Source: Octopus sinensis
Lineage: Eukaryota
Length of the DNA: 64,000 nt
Assembly (NCBI RefSeq): GCF_006345805.1
Contig: NC_042998.1
Coordinates: 95,170,001-95,234,000 of the forward strand
Direction of reading: 5' to 3'
The notes below the pieces were generated by a model. That model was not told the DNA's origin. It searched no databases and worked only from the letters and a program-made list of their open reading frames with translations. Below, piece after piece: positions 13,019 to 26,336 of this stretch (the stretch's first letter is position 1; every line of letters starts with the position of its first letter). A program made the position numbers and the translations under genes.

Positions 13019-13225
13019 ATGCTTTTGTGTCTGTGTTTGTCCCCCCAACATCGCTTGACAACCGATGCTGGTGTGTTTACGTCCCCGTAACTTAGCGGTT
13101 CGGCAAAAAGAGACCGATAGAATAAGTACTAGGCTTACAAAGAATAAGTCCTGGGGTCGATTTGTTCGAATAAAGGCGGTGCTCCAGCATGGCCACAGTC
13201 ACATGACTGAAACAAGTAAAAGAGT
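12790..13225 (+). mobile_element. SINE B, full length, with internal (TA)n(TG)n
   Basis: ggcgtaggagtggctgtgtggtaag head, gggttcagtccc B-box, CORE-like cttggacaaatgtctt, tail gactgaaacaagtaaaagag. Confidence 0.93.
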
Positions 13226-13228
13226 ATA

Positions 13229-13932
13229 TATGCGGAGCAAATAATTTAGGAGAAAATATTTGCGAAGATATCATTGCCTCTATTATTATCTAGTGTAACA
13301 ATTAAAACTGATAATAACAGAATCAATAATATAGGCGATTGCAGGCACGTGAGTCCAGATACTTGAATGCATGCTGAGAGATCGTCTTAGCTCCTTTGCC
13401 TTCAGACGGTTGATTTCTGTAGTTATTATCAGTGTATTTTCGGCGATCTAAATAAGAGTTTTGACTGTTATTTCTAGCAGATAGACATACTTGGTATGTC
13501 CTTTGATTAATTTTAATCCTTTAGCTATTTAATGCATTTTGGGACCTGCAATCGCCTATATTATTAAACCTGTTATTATCATTTTTAATTGTTACACTAG
13601 ATAAAATAGGATCAATAACATCTTCGTAAACATCTTCTCCTGAATTATTTGGTCCGTATTGAAATTATTTTCACACTGGTGGCTGCCATAAGTTGGCGCC
13701 AAATAAATCAGTTGCAGCGTACATTTCATCGTGATGGGTTGGGGCTCTCCATCATGGTAACGCGTGCAGAGGAAGGTGAGGCTATAATGCCAATCCAGAA
13801 ACTGAGAGATTAGCCCGTTTGCTTCTCAGACGGTTGATTTCCGTAGTTATTATCAATGTATTTTAGGCGATTTAAATAAGAGTTTTGACTGTTATTTCCA
13901 GTAGGTATGTCCTTTGATTAATTTTAATCCTA
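13229..13932. repeat. Nested inverted (13229-13345 / 13545-13659) and direct (13375-13520 / 13803-13932) repeats
   Basis: tatctagtgtaacaattaaaa..taatataggcgattgcagg versus cctgcaatcgcctatatta..ttttaattgttacactagata; tcagacggttgattt..taaataagagttttgactgttatttc occurs twice. Confidence 0.85.
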
Positions 13933-14035
13933 TATATATATATCAAACCAACACCGGCTGTAACGATCGAATGATAAACACAGACACAATGACAGACACA
14001 AACACACACACACATACACACACTTATATATATAT

Positions 14036-14081
<46 letters not shown>

Positions 14082-14139
14082 GTATGTATGTATATATATA
14101 TATATTATATATATATATAATATATATATATATATATAA

Positions 14140-14295
14140 GACAGGCTTCTTTCATTTTCCGTCAAGTTCACTCACAAGGCTTTGGTCGGCCCGAGGCTAT
14201 AGTAGAAGACATTTGCCCAAGGTGCCAGGCAGTGGGAATGAACCCGGAACCATGTAGTTGGGAAGTAAACTTCTCACTACACAGCCACGCATGCA
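14140..14295 (-). mobile_element. SINE B 5' half
   Basis: Family B head, reverse complemented. Confidence 0.85.
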
Positions 14296-15681
14296 CATAC
14301 ACACACAAACACACATATATGTGCGTGGGGAAAGGGGTGGTTCGAGAAGAGTTTCAGTTCCAAGAAACATATCCAAATTAGATTAGAATAAAAAATTCAA
14401 CTCTCATTGCGAAAAAGCGATACCAACATAGAATGTTAAAAGTGCGCTGGACAGTTTGAGGCACAGAGGTACAGAGCTTTTATGTTCACTGTTCGATTTG
14501 GTTCAGAGCAGTGCAAGAGACTTTTTACCGCTATTCCAGCGTGGCACCTGCCGGTATACCTTAGAATCATCTGATGTGGAATTACCAGCACGATCTTTGC
14601 TAATCTACAACAGATCTGCAATGCAATGCAATGTACTACTGTGTATCACCAGGTGGTAGATATGAAAATTATACTGCATGAAATTAGATACCAATTTCGA
14701 GTTCTGGAACAGAATCTGAAGTATAAATCTCAATATTAAAAATGCTCAAGATCAAAATACGAAAATTCACCTAAAAAATTCAACATTCATAATTTCGGAA
14801 TTCTGGAATACACTATTCCAGGATGCAGAATACAAAATATAAAGAGCAAATTACAATATTCCAAGCTGAAAATAAGGCATTCACAGTACATAAAATCGAC
14901 CCGGCTATTATAATGTCGTACTTGTGTGCATAGTATTATGATCCGTGTTGTAACAAGAGGTGGTAGCGTTGGTATGACCGTACACGTTAAGAATTATTTC
15001 CCGTCTTTGCGGGTATCCAAAAATCGCAGTTTCTTGGAGTTTGTGCACATCATTTCAGTTGTTTGGTTCCAATATAGATTGTTGATCTGGAGAACGATGG
15101 CAGAGTAACAGCAAGTGGAATGTTCCGAACAGCTGTCTGGGGGACCGTAAGATGCAAGTATCTGGAGACCAGGAGATTATATTGAGAGCAAAATGCTGGA
15201 ATTCTCGCTGATGAGGCCCTGGGATTCCATCTAAAGAATTCATAAGCAGTGGTGGAGAGAGGAGAATGAAAAACTGAAAGAAGGAAGATGATAGAATGGG
15301 CTAAAAACTTCCACTGATTCAGGTGGATCGATATCCTGTTTGCAGGTGGAATTCTTCTGGGACAAGGATTTATTTTACTGATGAAGATTTAAAGTTCCTT
15401 CTATGCAGACAAAAGGAAGAGATATTTTCTCTCATATCCAGGATATTAGCTGGAGCAAGTGAGGAGGAGAGTTTCCACTGCGTGGATCGTCTCTTTGTCT
15501 CTGGCTCAAAGTGATGAAGCCAACACATATCCTATCTTAGGAAACGTTCAAGGAAACCAGCTAGATCTGTCTAAAAAGCAATGCATACATAAATACATAC
15601 ATACATGCATACATACATACATGCATACATACATACATGCATGTATACATACATACATACATACATACATACATGCAAAGA

Positions 15682-17045
15682 ATATGTACGATATGGAAAA
15701 GAGCCTTGACCTAGTTACAACAATCTCAAAGGATATAGGGTTGGAGTTTGTTCAGGATAAATGTCGTTACATGGTTGTGGAAAAGGGGAAAAATGTGAAC
15801 CAGACTAGTAACATCTCCAGCAATGATTTGATGAGCTGTTTGATTGGACGCTTGATGAGATCCGAGCCATTGGTGTGAAAACCCGAAAAATACTAACAAA
15901 CACACAGAACATCGATCCAAAATGCCTTTTAATGTCGTATCATATCCTTTCGGCAACATCTTTTAACCACCAAGTGTCGAAGTGCATCCCTTGACCAAGT
16001 TTGCATACACGAGGCTGATAATATCATAAGACTTGGAAGGTAGCTTCTTGAGCAATATTCTTTGTCTGATAACCTAAAGTACATGTCCAAAGAAATCGTA
16101 CGATTCGACCGCAATGTATCATCAAGATAAAAGGTTGGTTGATCCTATATAAGCAGAAGAGTGTGGATGGATATGTTAGAAAAAGGCTCCGAGATGATAG
16201 CAACATTGTTCATCTAAACAGTCTATCATGGACCAATAACTGGATTACTATCTCCCACTTTGAAGGCTATGCGTTTGCAATCCAGGAACAGGAAATATCA
16301 ACCAAATACCTGATGCACAAAAGGGATAGAGATGCAGGAAAAGCAGTAAAATGTGACAACCGATACAGACTTTGTGTAGTTAACACCAAAGATATCTCCC
16401 ACATCATAAGCAGTTGTCCGAAAATGCCATCACGGTTCATCTACTGATGAGACATGATGTAGCTAGGACACTCTATAATGAAATCCGTCGGAAGGATAAC
16501 CCCGAGGACAAAGAAAGAACCTACAGTATGGTAGAAGCCATAATCACTCATAATAAAAAGGAGTACTGGTGGAATGTCGCAGTGATGACCTCGATAAAAT
16601 GTAAGCACAACAGACCTGATATAATGATTTGGGATGAGAAGAAAAACAGTGTACAGTTGTGGAAATTAGCTGTTCGGCGGATGTTAACATAAAGCTGAAG
16701 ATCAATGAAAAAGAGAATACCTATGCTGAACTATTGAGAAATCTGCAGTTACTCTATCCAGACTACAAGTTCAAGTTTATACCTATAATCATTGGGGCCC
16801 TGGGATATGTAATATATTGCTTAAATACCAATCTTGAGAAATTAGGCTTCTCAAAACCAGAAAAGAGAAAGCTAATTCGAAGACTGCAGATCAAATCTAT
16901 CACTGGACCTGTAAAAAATTGTAAAACTTTCCAAAAGTTTATCATTTACATATATATGAGCATGTCTAGATATGCAACTATGTGCATGAGAATGCATACA
17001 TAAAACAAAGCATACAAATCTGCACATATACATACATACAAATAC
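15682..17045 (+). mobile_element. R4/Dong-like RLE retrotransposon copy 2 (same family as 2490-4085, with internal deletions)
   Basis: High identity to copy 1. ORFs 16139-16447 (FEGYAFAIQEQEISTKY..CRL-type knuckle), 16414-16692 (KHNRPDIMIWD), 16659-17003 (EISC..KENTYAELLRNLQLLYP). Confidence 0.92.
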
Positions 17046-17129
17046 ATGCACATATATACATATATATGTACCCATGTATATATGCATATATACATATATA
17101 TATAAACACACACAGAGGCATATATATAT

Positions 17130-17683
17130 AATTGAATTTTACAGAAAAACAAAAGACGAAGGTAGGTGTATAAACAACAAGCAGGTGTATCACTTTGACG
17201 CTCGGAAAGGTGAGAAAGTCTTTTACGTTTCGAGCCTACGCTCTTCAGCAGAATGGAACACGATGAAATAAACAGAGAATAAAAAAAAACTTGTGGATTT
17301 AGCGGTCAGTCATGGCGAATACAAAAATGGGACAAGAACACAAAACATCCAGAGATTTATGTGAAACAAAAAAGGACAACAAAATATCCAGGAGATGATA
17401 CAAGGAAAACAAGGACGGATCATTCGGAGTTTTCTATCCTCAGTCAAGTTCCAGATTATCTTTGCAATTTCGGCTGGTTATACTCGAGATTGTCCCAGTC
17501 GTGCCAGTCCCAAGGAAAAATAAGCTAAGAGCATTACATTCCTGGGAAGAAAGCAGCGAATGTATACGAAAACAAGGACAAAAAAACAGAGAAATGTTAC
17601 ACAAATACAAATAACAGGATATAACAACAGGTGTCTTTCGACTAAAGACAAATTACATTAAGCTGGCGTATGTAGAAGTAAAG

Positions 17684-17690
<7 letters not shown>
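17130..17690 (-). mobile_element. Penelope-type terminal repeat (pLTR) remnant with a hammerhead-like motif
   Basis: 17130-17290 is homologous to 58575-58750 in the opposite orientation. Contains CTGCTGAA-GAGC-gtag-GCTC-GAAA-CG-TA; flanked by (TA)n. Confidence 0.55.
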
Positions 17691-17726
<36 letters not shown>

Positions 17727-17774
17727 CATACATACATGCCTGCATACATATATACATATAAATAATTATGTAGT

Positions 17775-18150
17775 TGCGCAGGAGTGGGTGTGTGGTAAGG
17801 AGCATGCTTCTCAACCACATGGTTCTAGGTTCAGTCCCATTGCGTGGTACTTTGTGTGTTTTCTGCTATAGCCGCCCAAATCCTTGTGAGTGGATTGGTA
17901 GACGGAAACTGAAAGAAGCCGGTCATATATATATATATATATTTGTGCGCATGTGTATCTGCTTCCCCGCTCTATCGCTTGACAACCGATGTTGGTGTGT
18001 TTACATCCCCATAAATTAGCGGTTCGGCAAAAGAGACTGACAGAATAGGTACTAGGCTTACAAAGAATAAGTCGTAGGGTCTATTTGTTCGACTAAAGGC
18101 GTTGCTCCAGCATGGCCGCAGTCAAATGACATGAAACAAGGAAAAGAATA
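17775..18150 (+). mobile_element. SINE B
   Basis: Family B consensus. Confidence 0.88.
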
Positions 18151-18179
18151 AATGATACATTCTACTGGTAGAAAATATA

Positions 18180-18209
18180 CATATATATATTAATATATTT
18201 TATATATAT

Positions 18210-18282
<73 letters not shown>

Positions 18283-18663
18283 TATATATGTATGTATGTA
18301 TGGTAGTATGTATGTATGTATGTATGTATATATATATTATATATTTTATATATCTATGTGTGTGTGTGTGTGTGTATGTATAAAACTGGTGACTGATATT
18401 TCAGAATAAAAAAAATATTTTTTGCTTCCTCACCGGGTTGTATGATGTTTTATACGTGTGTGTTCTTGTGTATACGTGTGTACGAACGTGGTGTATGTAT
18501 TTGTGTATGTGAGTGTGTGTTTGAGGCTCGGGTAGGGGCGGCTTATCTGATTGTCTGTTTATCCATTGATATCTATCGGGGTGTTTGTTTTTAAATCTAT
18601 CAGTATTTCTGTCTGTCCTAACCTCACTCTCCATCCCTGTCCCTTCACATAACACATATTTAC

Positions 18664-18742
<79 letters not shown>

Positions 18743-19272
18743 ATTCTATCTATCTATCTATCTATCTATATTTCCAGCTATCTATCTGCCTGTCTGTCTG
18801 TCTGTCTGTCTGTCTGTCAGCCTACCTACCTGTCTGCCTATCTGTCTCGCCATGTATGTATGTATGTATATATAGTCATATTCTGTGTAGTTGTTTTATT
18901 TTGTAAGTAGAAATATTTGTAAACGCAACTCAATGACTATGTATGTATGTATGTATGTATGTATGTATGTATGTATGTATGTATGTGTGTATGTATGTAT
19001 GTATGTAAGTATGTGTGTATTATGTGCATATATATATATATATATTGTATGTATGTATGTTTTATGTATGTATGTATGATTGTATATGCATAGATATTAA
19101 AATATATGCATATATGTACATATACACATATACATACATATATGTATACACACACACACGCACACACATATGTGTGTGTATTTGTGCACGTGGTCGTTTG
19201 TGTATTATATATGTGTATGCAAATATTTGCATGTATATATGTGCGTATGCATGTGTATGTATGTATGTTATG

Positions 19273-19310
<38 letters not shown>

Positions 19311-19445
19311 TATATATATATATATATATATATATTATACATATATATCTATGATATACATATACTACATATATATATTAACTACATATTATATGTTTTA
19401 TATATGTATATATATGTATGTGTATATATATGTATATTATATATA

Positions 19446-19484
<39 letters not shown>

Positions 19485-19500
19485 AAGAAAGAGAGAGAAA
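18180..19500. repeat. Compound microsatellite field (TA)n, (TATC)n, (TGTC)n, (TATG)n, (GA)n
   Basis: Direct reading. Confidence 0.95.
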
Positions 19501-19552
19501 AATAAAGAGAGAATGTGAGAGACAAAAAGAGAGACAGGTGGGGGAAGAATAC

Positions 19553-19681
19553 CTGTAGGGTACAATTATCGGAACCAGCTTGATGGGGTGGTAGTGGTGG
19601 TGGTGAGAAGTATCTTAAATCCCTCCTCTCCTCCTCCAACATCGCAGTAGTTGATGGTCCGAGACGGTACACTTCACCCAT
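19553..19681 (-). CDS. Candidate first coding exon of an unidentified minus-strand gene (MGEVYRLGPSTTAMLEEERRDLRYFSPPPLPPHQAGSDNCTLQ)
   Basis: ATG in ATC-ATG-G context after an upstream in-frame stop. 43 codons of GC-richer unique sequence ending at a CAG|GTATTC donor. No homology recognised. Confidence 0.35.
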
Positions 19682-19808
19682 GATTGTCCAGTTCTTGTTG
19701 TTAAAGGGGTGGGTGGGGATGTAGGGAGTAGGGGACGGAGTCTGAGTCTGTCACTTCAGTGTAGGGAAATGTGATCGACCGTTGCTGCTGCCGTTGCTGC
19801 TGCCGCTG

Positions 19809-19853
<45 letters not shown>

Positions 19854-19898
19854 ATACTACTACTACGACCACTACTACTACTACTACTGCTACTACTA

Positions 19899-19972
<74 letters not shown>

Positions 19973-20535
19973 GTGACGACAACAGATATGAGCCATAGTA
20001 GTTACACCAATGACAACATTTACAACACCTACAATAACAATAACAACGTCACTAATATTTACAATAACGTCGCCAACAATAACAGCAACTGCAACAACAA
20101 CAACGCCACCACCAACAACACCACCACCACCAACAACAACAACAACAGCAATAACGACCGTAAAATTTTACCCGTGGGCCACCCTGTGACATTCTCCAAT
20201 TCATCTGTGTGTTGCACCCGTAAGGTAGGTTCTCTCTTAGTTTATCGCGAGCCCTAACTTTGCACTATTACTCACCCGTGTAAATTTTTACCTGTCTTAT
20301 CACCCGATACTAACTTTCTCATAAAAAAAAATTATTTTAATGTCATTGAGAAAGGCATGACTATCACAACTGCCCATTTCTCCCATCTTAAAAATGGGTT
20401 TCTAGCTGTATTGCAACATAGTTGCAGTTATTGCTTAGCCCCAGTTCATCTCTGACTATTCAGACAGATCTATGATCAAAATTGTTCCATCCATGGTCAT
20501 CCCCTCTTCATGTATGTACACACACACACACACAC

Positions 20536-20585
<50 letters not shown>

Positions 20586-20605
20586 CACACGCACACATGC
20601 ACACA

Positions 20606-20662
<57 letters not shown>

Positions 20663-20663
20663 G

Positions 20664-21245
20664 CGCGGCGGAATCGTTAGCACGCCGGGCGAAATGCGTA
20701 GCCGTATTTCGTCTGCCGTTACGTTCTGAGTTCAAATTCCGCCGAGGTCGACTTTGCCTTTCATCCTTTCGGGGTCGATAAATTAAAATACCAGTTACGC
20801 ACTGGGGTCGATGTAATCGACTTAATGCCTATGTCTGTCCTTGTTTGTCCCCTCTGTGTTTAGCTCCTTGTGGGTAGCAAAGAAATAGGTATTTCGTCTG
20901 CCGCTACGTTCTGAGTTCAAATTCCGCCGAGGTCGACTTTACCTTTCATCCTTTCGCACTGGGGTCAATGTAATCGACTTAATCCGTTTGTCTGTCCTTG
21001 TTTATCCCCTCTGTGTTTAGCCCCTTGTAGATAGTAAAGAAATAGGTATTTCGTGTGTTTCGCCAGGCGAAATGCGTAGCCGTATTTCGTCTGCCGTTAC
21101 GTTCTGAGTTCAAATTCCGCCGAGGTCGACTTTGCCTTTAATCCTTTCGGAGTCGATAAATTAAGTACCAGTTTAATGCTGGGTCGATCTTATCGGCTTA
21201 CCCCTTGCCACAAAATTTTGGGCCTTGTGCCTATAGTAGAAAGAA
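20664..21245 (+). mobile_element. Composite SINE A with three tandem core modules
   Basis: gtatttcgtctgccg..gagttcaaattccgccgaggtcgacttt recurs at ~20704, ~20889 and ~21082. Confidence 0.92.
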
Positions 21246-21439
21246 GGGTAGGCTGCTATGCATTATTTTGGTCGAGTCAGACGAATGTACTGGGTTTTCA
21301 GGCAAGAAAACATTGTGTACCAACAAGCTTAACTCAGAGTAGCAAGAGAGTAACTCCACCAAAATAAAATATCATTACTCACTACAATGGTATTGAGTCA
21401 ACACTAAACGAATATCTATCTATCTATATATCTATCTAC

Positions 21440-21543
<104 letters not shown>

Positions 21544-21584
21544 TATCTATCTATCCATACATACATAAACATAACATAAATACA

Positions 21585-21615
<31 letters not shown>

Positions 21616-21667
21616 CATACATACATAAACATAACATAAATACACACACACACACACACACACACAC

Positions 21668-21718
<51 letters not shown>

Positions 21719-21949
21719 ACTTCATTGTCTATGCATCCTCTCGTTTCTAAAACAAGGAAGACGGCGGTTCTAAAACTTTCTGACATTATGACAATACAGG
21801 AGATTAAATAAAAGAAAAAAAAATGATTGCCGGCGAACTTCAAAAGGAAAGTTTTAATATACATGTGTTACAAGGTTAAAAACTTAGACAAAACAGAGAA
21901 ATTTATTCTTTACCTTCATTTATTAATTATACGTGTGTTCGCGTATTCA

Positions 21950-22505
21950 GGCAGTGAATTAGCTGAATCGTTAGCAAGCGCAGGTAAAATGTTTGGCGGC
22001 ATGTAATCCATCTTTACGTTCTGGATTCAAATTCCTCCTTTTCGGGGTCGATAAATTAAGCACCAGTTGCCTACTGAGGTCGATCTAATATACCTGGCCC
22101 CTCCCTAAAACTTTCGGGCCTTGTTCCTAGAGTAGAAAAGGATAGAATTTTTAAAGTAAATTTGGAAAATTTCATTTTTTACTTGTTTCAGTCATTGGAC
22201 TGCGGTCACGCTGGTGCACCGTCTAGAAAGGTTCAGTGTCTATTTTTTCAAGTCTGGTACTTGTTCTAACGGTGTCTTTTGCCGAACTGCTAAGTTAAGG
22301 GAATGTATAGTAGAGTCGTTACATCCTCGTACAAAAATACTAGCGGCCTTTCTTAACGTTCCTTATGTTTTGAGTTCAAATTCTGCCGAGCTCAACGTTG
22401 CCTTTCATCTTTTGGGGGGTCGATAAAATAAAATACCACTCAAGTACTGGGACTGATGTAACCCACTAACTCCTTCCGTTAAAATTGCTTACCTTGTACC
22501 AAAAA
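21950..22505 (+). mobile_element. Cluster of decayed SINE A copies with a SINE B tail fragment
   Basis: Family A motifs at 21950-22142 and ~22310-22505; reversed B tail at 22178-22300. Confidence 0.75.
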
Positions 22506-22644
22506 CAAAACAAAACAAAGAAATGAAAAAATTATATCTGTGTAAAACAATAAAATTATAAAGGGTACGTTTTTGTCGACGCTCAGGTAATTAGTATGAA
22601 CGTTCTGAAGTTGAATATTATGTATTTTTTAAAATAAAACTTCA

Positions 22645-22982
22645 AGGCACCTGCATAAAACCGGTACTCCGTCGCTTACGACGACGACGGTTCCAGTTGA
22701 TTCGATCGACAGAACAGCCTACTCGTGAAATTAACATGCATGTGGCTGAGCACTCCACAGACACACGTATCCTTAATGTAGTTCTCAGGTAGATTCAGCA
22801 TGACACAGAATGTGACATGGTTGGCCCTTTAAAATACAGGTACTACTCATGTTTCCCAGCTGAATGGACTGGAGCAAAGTGAAATAAGTGTCTTGCTCAA
22901 GGACAAAACGTACCGCCGACAATCGAACTCACGGCTTTACAGTTCTGAGCCGAATAACGTAACCACTAAGTCATGCACCTTT
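22645..22982 (-). mobile_element. tRNA-derived CORE-like SINE family D
   Basis: Minus strand: tgacttagtggttacg A-box, gagttcgattg B-box, gtccttgagcaagacactt CORE-like motif. Decayed relatives at ~5230-5480 and ~30290-30580. Confidence 0.75.
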
Positions 22983-24064
22983 ACGCGCTTGCATACATCT
23001 TTGTGAAACACCAGAGTGTCGCAGCATATATTTTGTGAACCACTGCAGTGGTTGTGACTTGTAAATGTAACTGCTATTTCTGGCCGGCAAAGCAACCACA
23101 CAGAAAGGTTTCCGGTTCCTGAGTTTGGCTCGTTGAAGTTGATTTTGTTACTATTTAATTCCGTATTTACTGTGACGGAGCCCATCGATCGTCAAAGACA
23201 TTCCAGCGAGGAGCATCCCGTCTAGAATCACATCATTCTCCAATGCGTCTTTCTATTTTTTAACGTGTTGGTTGCTATTTCTAGCGGGTTGAGTGAGCAC
23301 GTTGAAGCTTCCACGTTAGCTCAACATTGTCGCTGTTTTTAATTGAGCTGTTACCAGCAATTATGATTGTTCCATTGCAGTAGATAACATCTGCAGTGTA
23401 TGCAACACTTACACATAAGAATAGTTTTGAAAACGGTTGCAGTCTATTCTTAATATCGTCTCTCAGTCAATGAATTTAGTACACCATAGCGAGATGTATT
23501 CGTATCACACACACACGCGCGCGCGCACACACATACAGAGAGGCATGCACAAACACAAATACACAGTTAAACTTGTTTATGGATCATAACAATTGTATAT
23601 CCAATCATGACACAAATGGCTTAACCCTTTGCATATCCAAAGCATTTTCATAAGTTTGTCCTAGACGTCCGTACTTACTTCAAGACTTTTAGTTAGTCCT
23701 CGTTTCATACGTTCTGAGTAATATAAAACTTTCTTTCCATAAGTCCCAAGTTATTTTAGTGACTGAAAAAAAAAAAAGAGCTGGGAATGTGTATAATAAT
23801 AATATGATGCATGAACACCAAGAAAATATGTCCTATGTTTTTGAACCATAATAACTGCGTAACCAATCATAGCACATGTAAATTAATCAATTAATTAAGC
23901 AAGCATTCAGGCGAACTTTAAAGTCCCCTTCAAAGCTAATTCATAATATATTTGACTCTACTCTCGGCATTGAACCCCAGTCATACCATCATTTAATGTT
24001 CTGTTGTTATTCTTAAACTTGTTTTAATAAATTGTCTTAACTTTTAAATTATTTAATTCGAATA

Positions 24065-24275
24065 AAGGCTTCAAATTTCGGCACTAGACCAGCATTCTTT
24101 GTGTAATGAAAAGTCAATTATGCTGGCACCAGGGTTCAACTAGCACTTTCTTTATCGATCCGCAAAAGAAAGGCAGGCTAGATTGACCTCCGTCGAATTT
24201 GAACTCAGAAAGTAAAAAGCCAGGATAAAAGCTGCTAAGTTCTTTTTTTGTCCTGTACGTTAACGATTCTGTCAG
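24065..24275 (-). mobile_element. Decayed SINE A
   Basis: gaatttgaactcagaa..aacgattctg reverse-strand motifs. Confidence 0.7.
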
Positions 24276-24774
24276 TTTTTGCATCCTTATTAATGCTCAC
24301 TAATAGTATGTATTTAAACTTGTTCTAAAAAACATCTAGAGTTTATAACTTCTGCCAAAAATGTACGAATAAGACAATCAGAGAAATTTAATGTCCCCAA
24401 GATTGTATATACCTTAACTGTTGACAGCAATGTATGTATAAAATAACCTAATGAACAAACAAATATTATTTCCATGCAATGTCAACGATTATGCGTCTTT
24501 AAAACTGGAGAAAGTCTGTCCAATATCGTATTTTTAATACATTTTCCTAACTCATGTTTTATATGCAGAAGTCTACCATCTTAAAACAATTTGTCACCAC
24601 ACTGATCTTGTGTCAATGGATTTACTCCAGTACGATGAATTGGTCTATGAATTGCAATAATAATTCTTATCAGAAATTCAATATTACCCTTTACTGATTT
24701 GGTGTGTGGGTACAGAACCAATGTTGTGTGGCTAAGAAGTCCGTTTCTCAACCACTCAGTTCAGCGTTTGACCT

Positions 24775-24819
<45 letters not shown>

Positions 24820-24959
24820 TAGGGAAATAAGGTGAGAGCATGCTTATTCCATTCGTTTACAGTTGTTTCGTAGTCTTGATATTTATATAATAGATATGAC
24901 ATCAGCATTAAGACTCATATACAGTGTATATAAATATATACATACACACATGCGCACAA

Positions 24960-25034
<75 letters not shown>

Positions 25035-25072
25035 CACACCACACACACACACATATATATATATATATAATG

Positions 25073-25470
25073 GGGCGCAGGAGTGGCCGTGTGGTAAGTA
25101 GCTTGCTAACCAGCCACATGATTCCGGGTTCAATCCCACTGCGTGGCATCTTGGGCAAGTGTCTTCTGCTATAGCCCCGGGTCGACCAATGCCTTGTGAG
25201 TGGATTTGGTAGACGGAAACTGAAAGAAGCTTATCGTATATATGTATATATATATGTGGGGGGGGTGTCTGTGTTTGTCCCCCTAGCATTGCTTGACAAC
25301 CGATGCTGGTGTGTTTACGTCCCCGTCACTTAGCGGTTCGGCAAAAGAGACAGATAGAATAAGTACTGGGCTTACAAAGAATAAGTCCCGGGGTCGATTT
25401 GATCGACTAAAGGCGGTGCTCCAGCATGGCTGCAGTCAAATGACTGAAACAAATAAAAGAGTAAAAGAGT
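25073..25470 (+). mobile_element. SINE B, full length
   Basis: Family B consensus. Confidence 0.92.
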
Positions 25471-26336
25471 AATATATGTAATATATATATATATATGCAT
25501 GTGAATAACTATACATACAAGGATGCTGAAAAGAGAACTAACCGACTAATAATGAGAAAGAGTCATGGTAGTTGAAAGCATCAACTGTACAACAGAGAGT
25601 AAGCTGACCCTATCTATATGCACAAGCAATTGATTTACTCAGCATGTTGACATCTGTGATCTACTGTAAGGGAGCAATGACCAGAGAGCAATACAATTTC
25701 AGAGAAAGTGTTGGTAGATAAATATAGTAAAGTAAATCTATATGCATATATGTATGTATGTATGTATGTATGGTATGTATGTATGTATGTATGTATGTAT
25801 GTATGTATGTATGTATGTATGTATGTATGTATGTATTTTTATGTATGTATGTATACATGTATGTATACATGTATGTATGTATGTATGTATGTATGTATGT
25901 ATGTATGCATGTATGTATGCATGTATGCGTTTATGTACTTATGTAAGTATGCATGTATATATGCATGTATTATGAATGCATGTATGTATCTGTGCATGCA
26001 TGTATGTATGCATATATGTATATATGTACGTGTTTATGTGTGAATATACCTAAATATATGAATTTGCGTTTGTAAAATATGTGTATATTCATTGTTATAT
26101 ATGTATGTATATATGTACACACGCGCGCGTACACTCATATACACAGATTCCGTGCATGTCATTGAATCAAATTATACTTGCTAGTTCTTGTTTAACCGAG
26201 GCTATATGAGAAATCACTAAGTGAAGTTGCTGCACACCAGGATTGAGTGCAGCACCCACACATCAATTATACACAAATATTAATGTATGAATAATTTTAA
26301 AATATCGGTAGAAAGAATACACGTGGAGAATGGAAA

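Noticed and set aside
14400-15570. Possible decayed LINE ORF1 or other coding remnant
   Set aside because: Composition is suggestive but no diagnostic motif was found.
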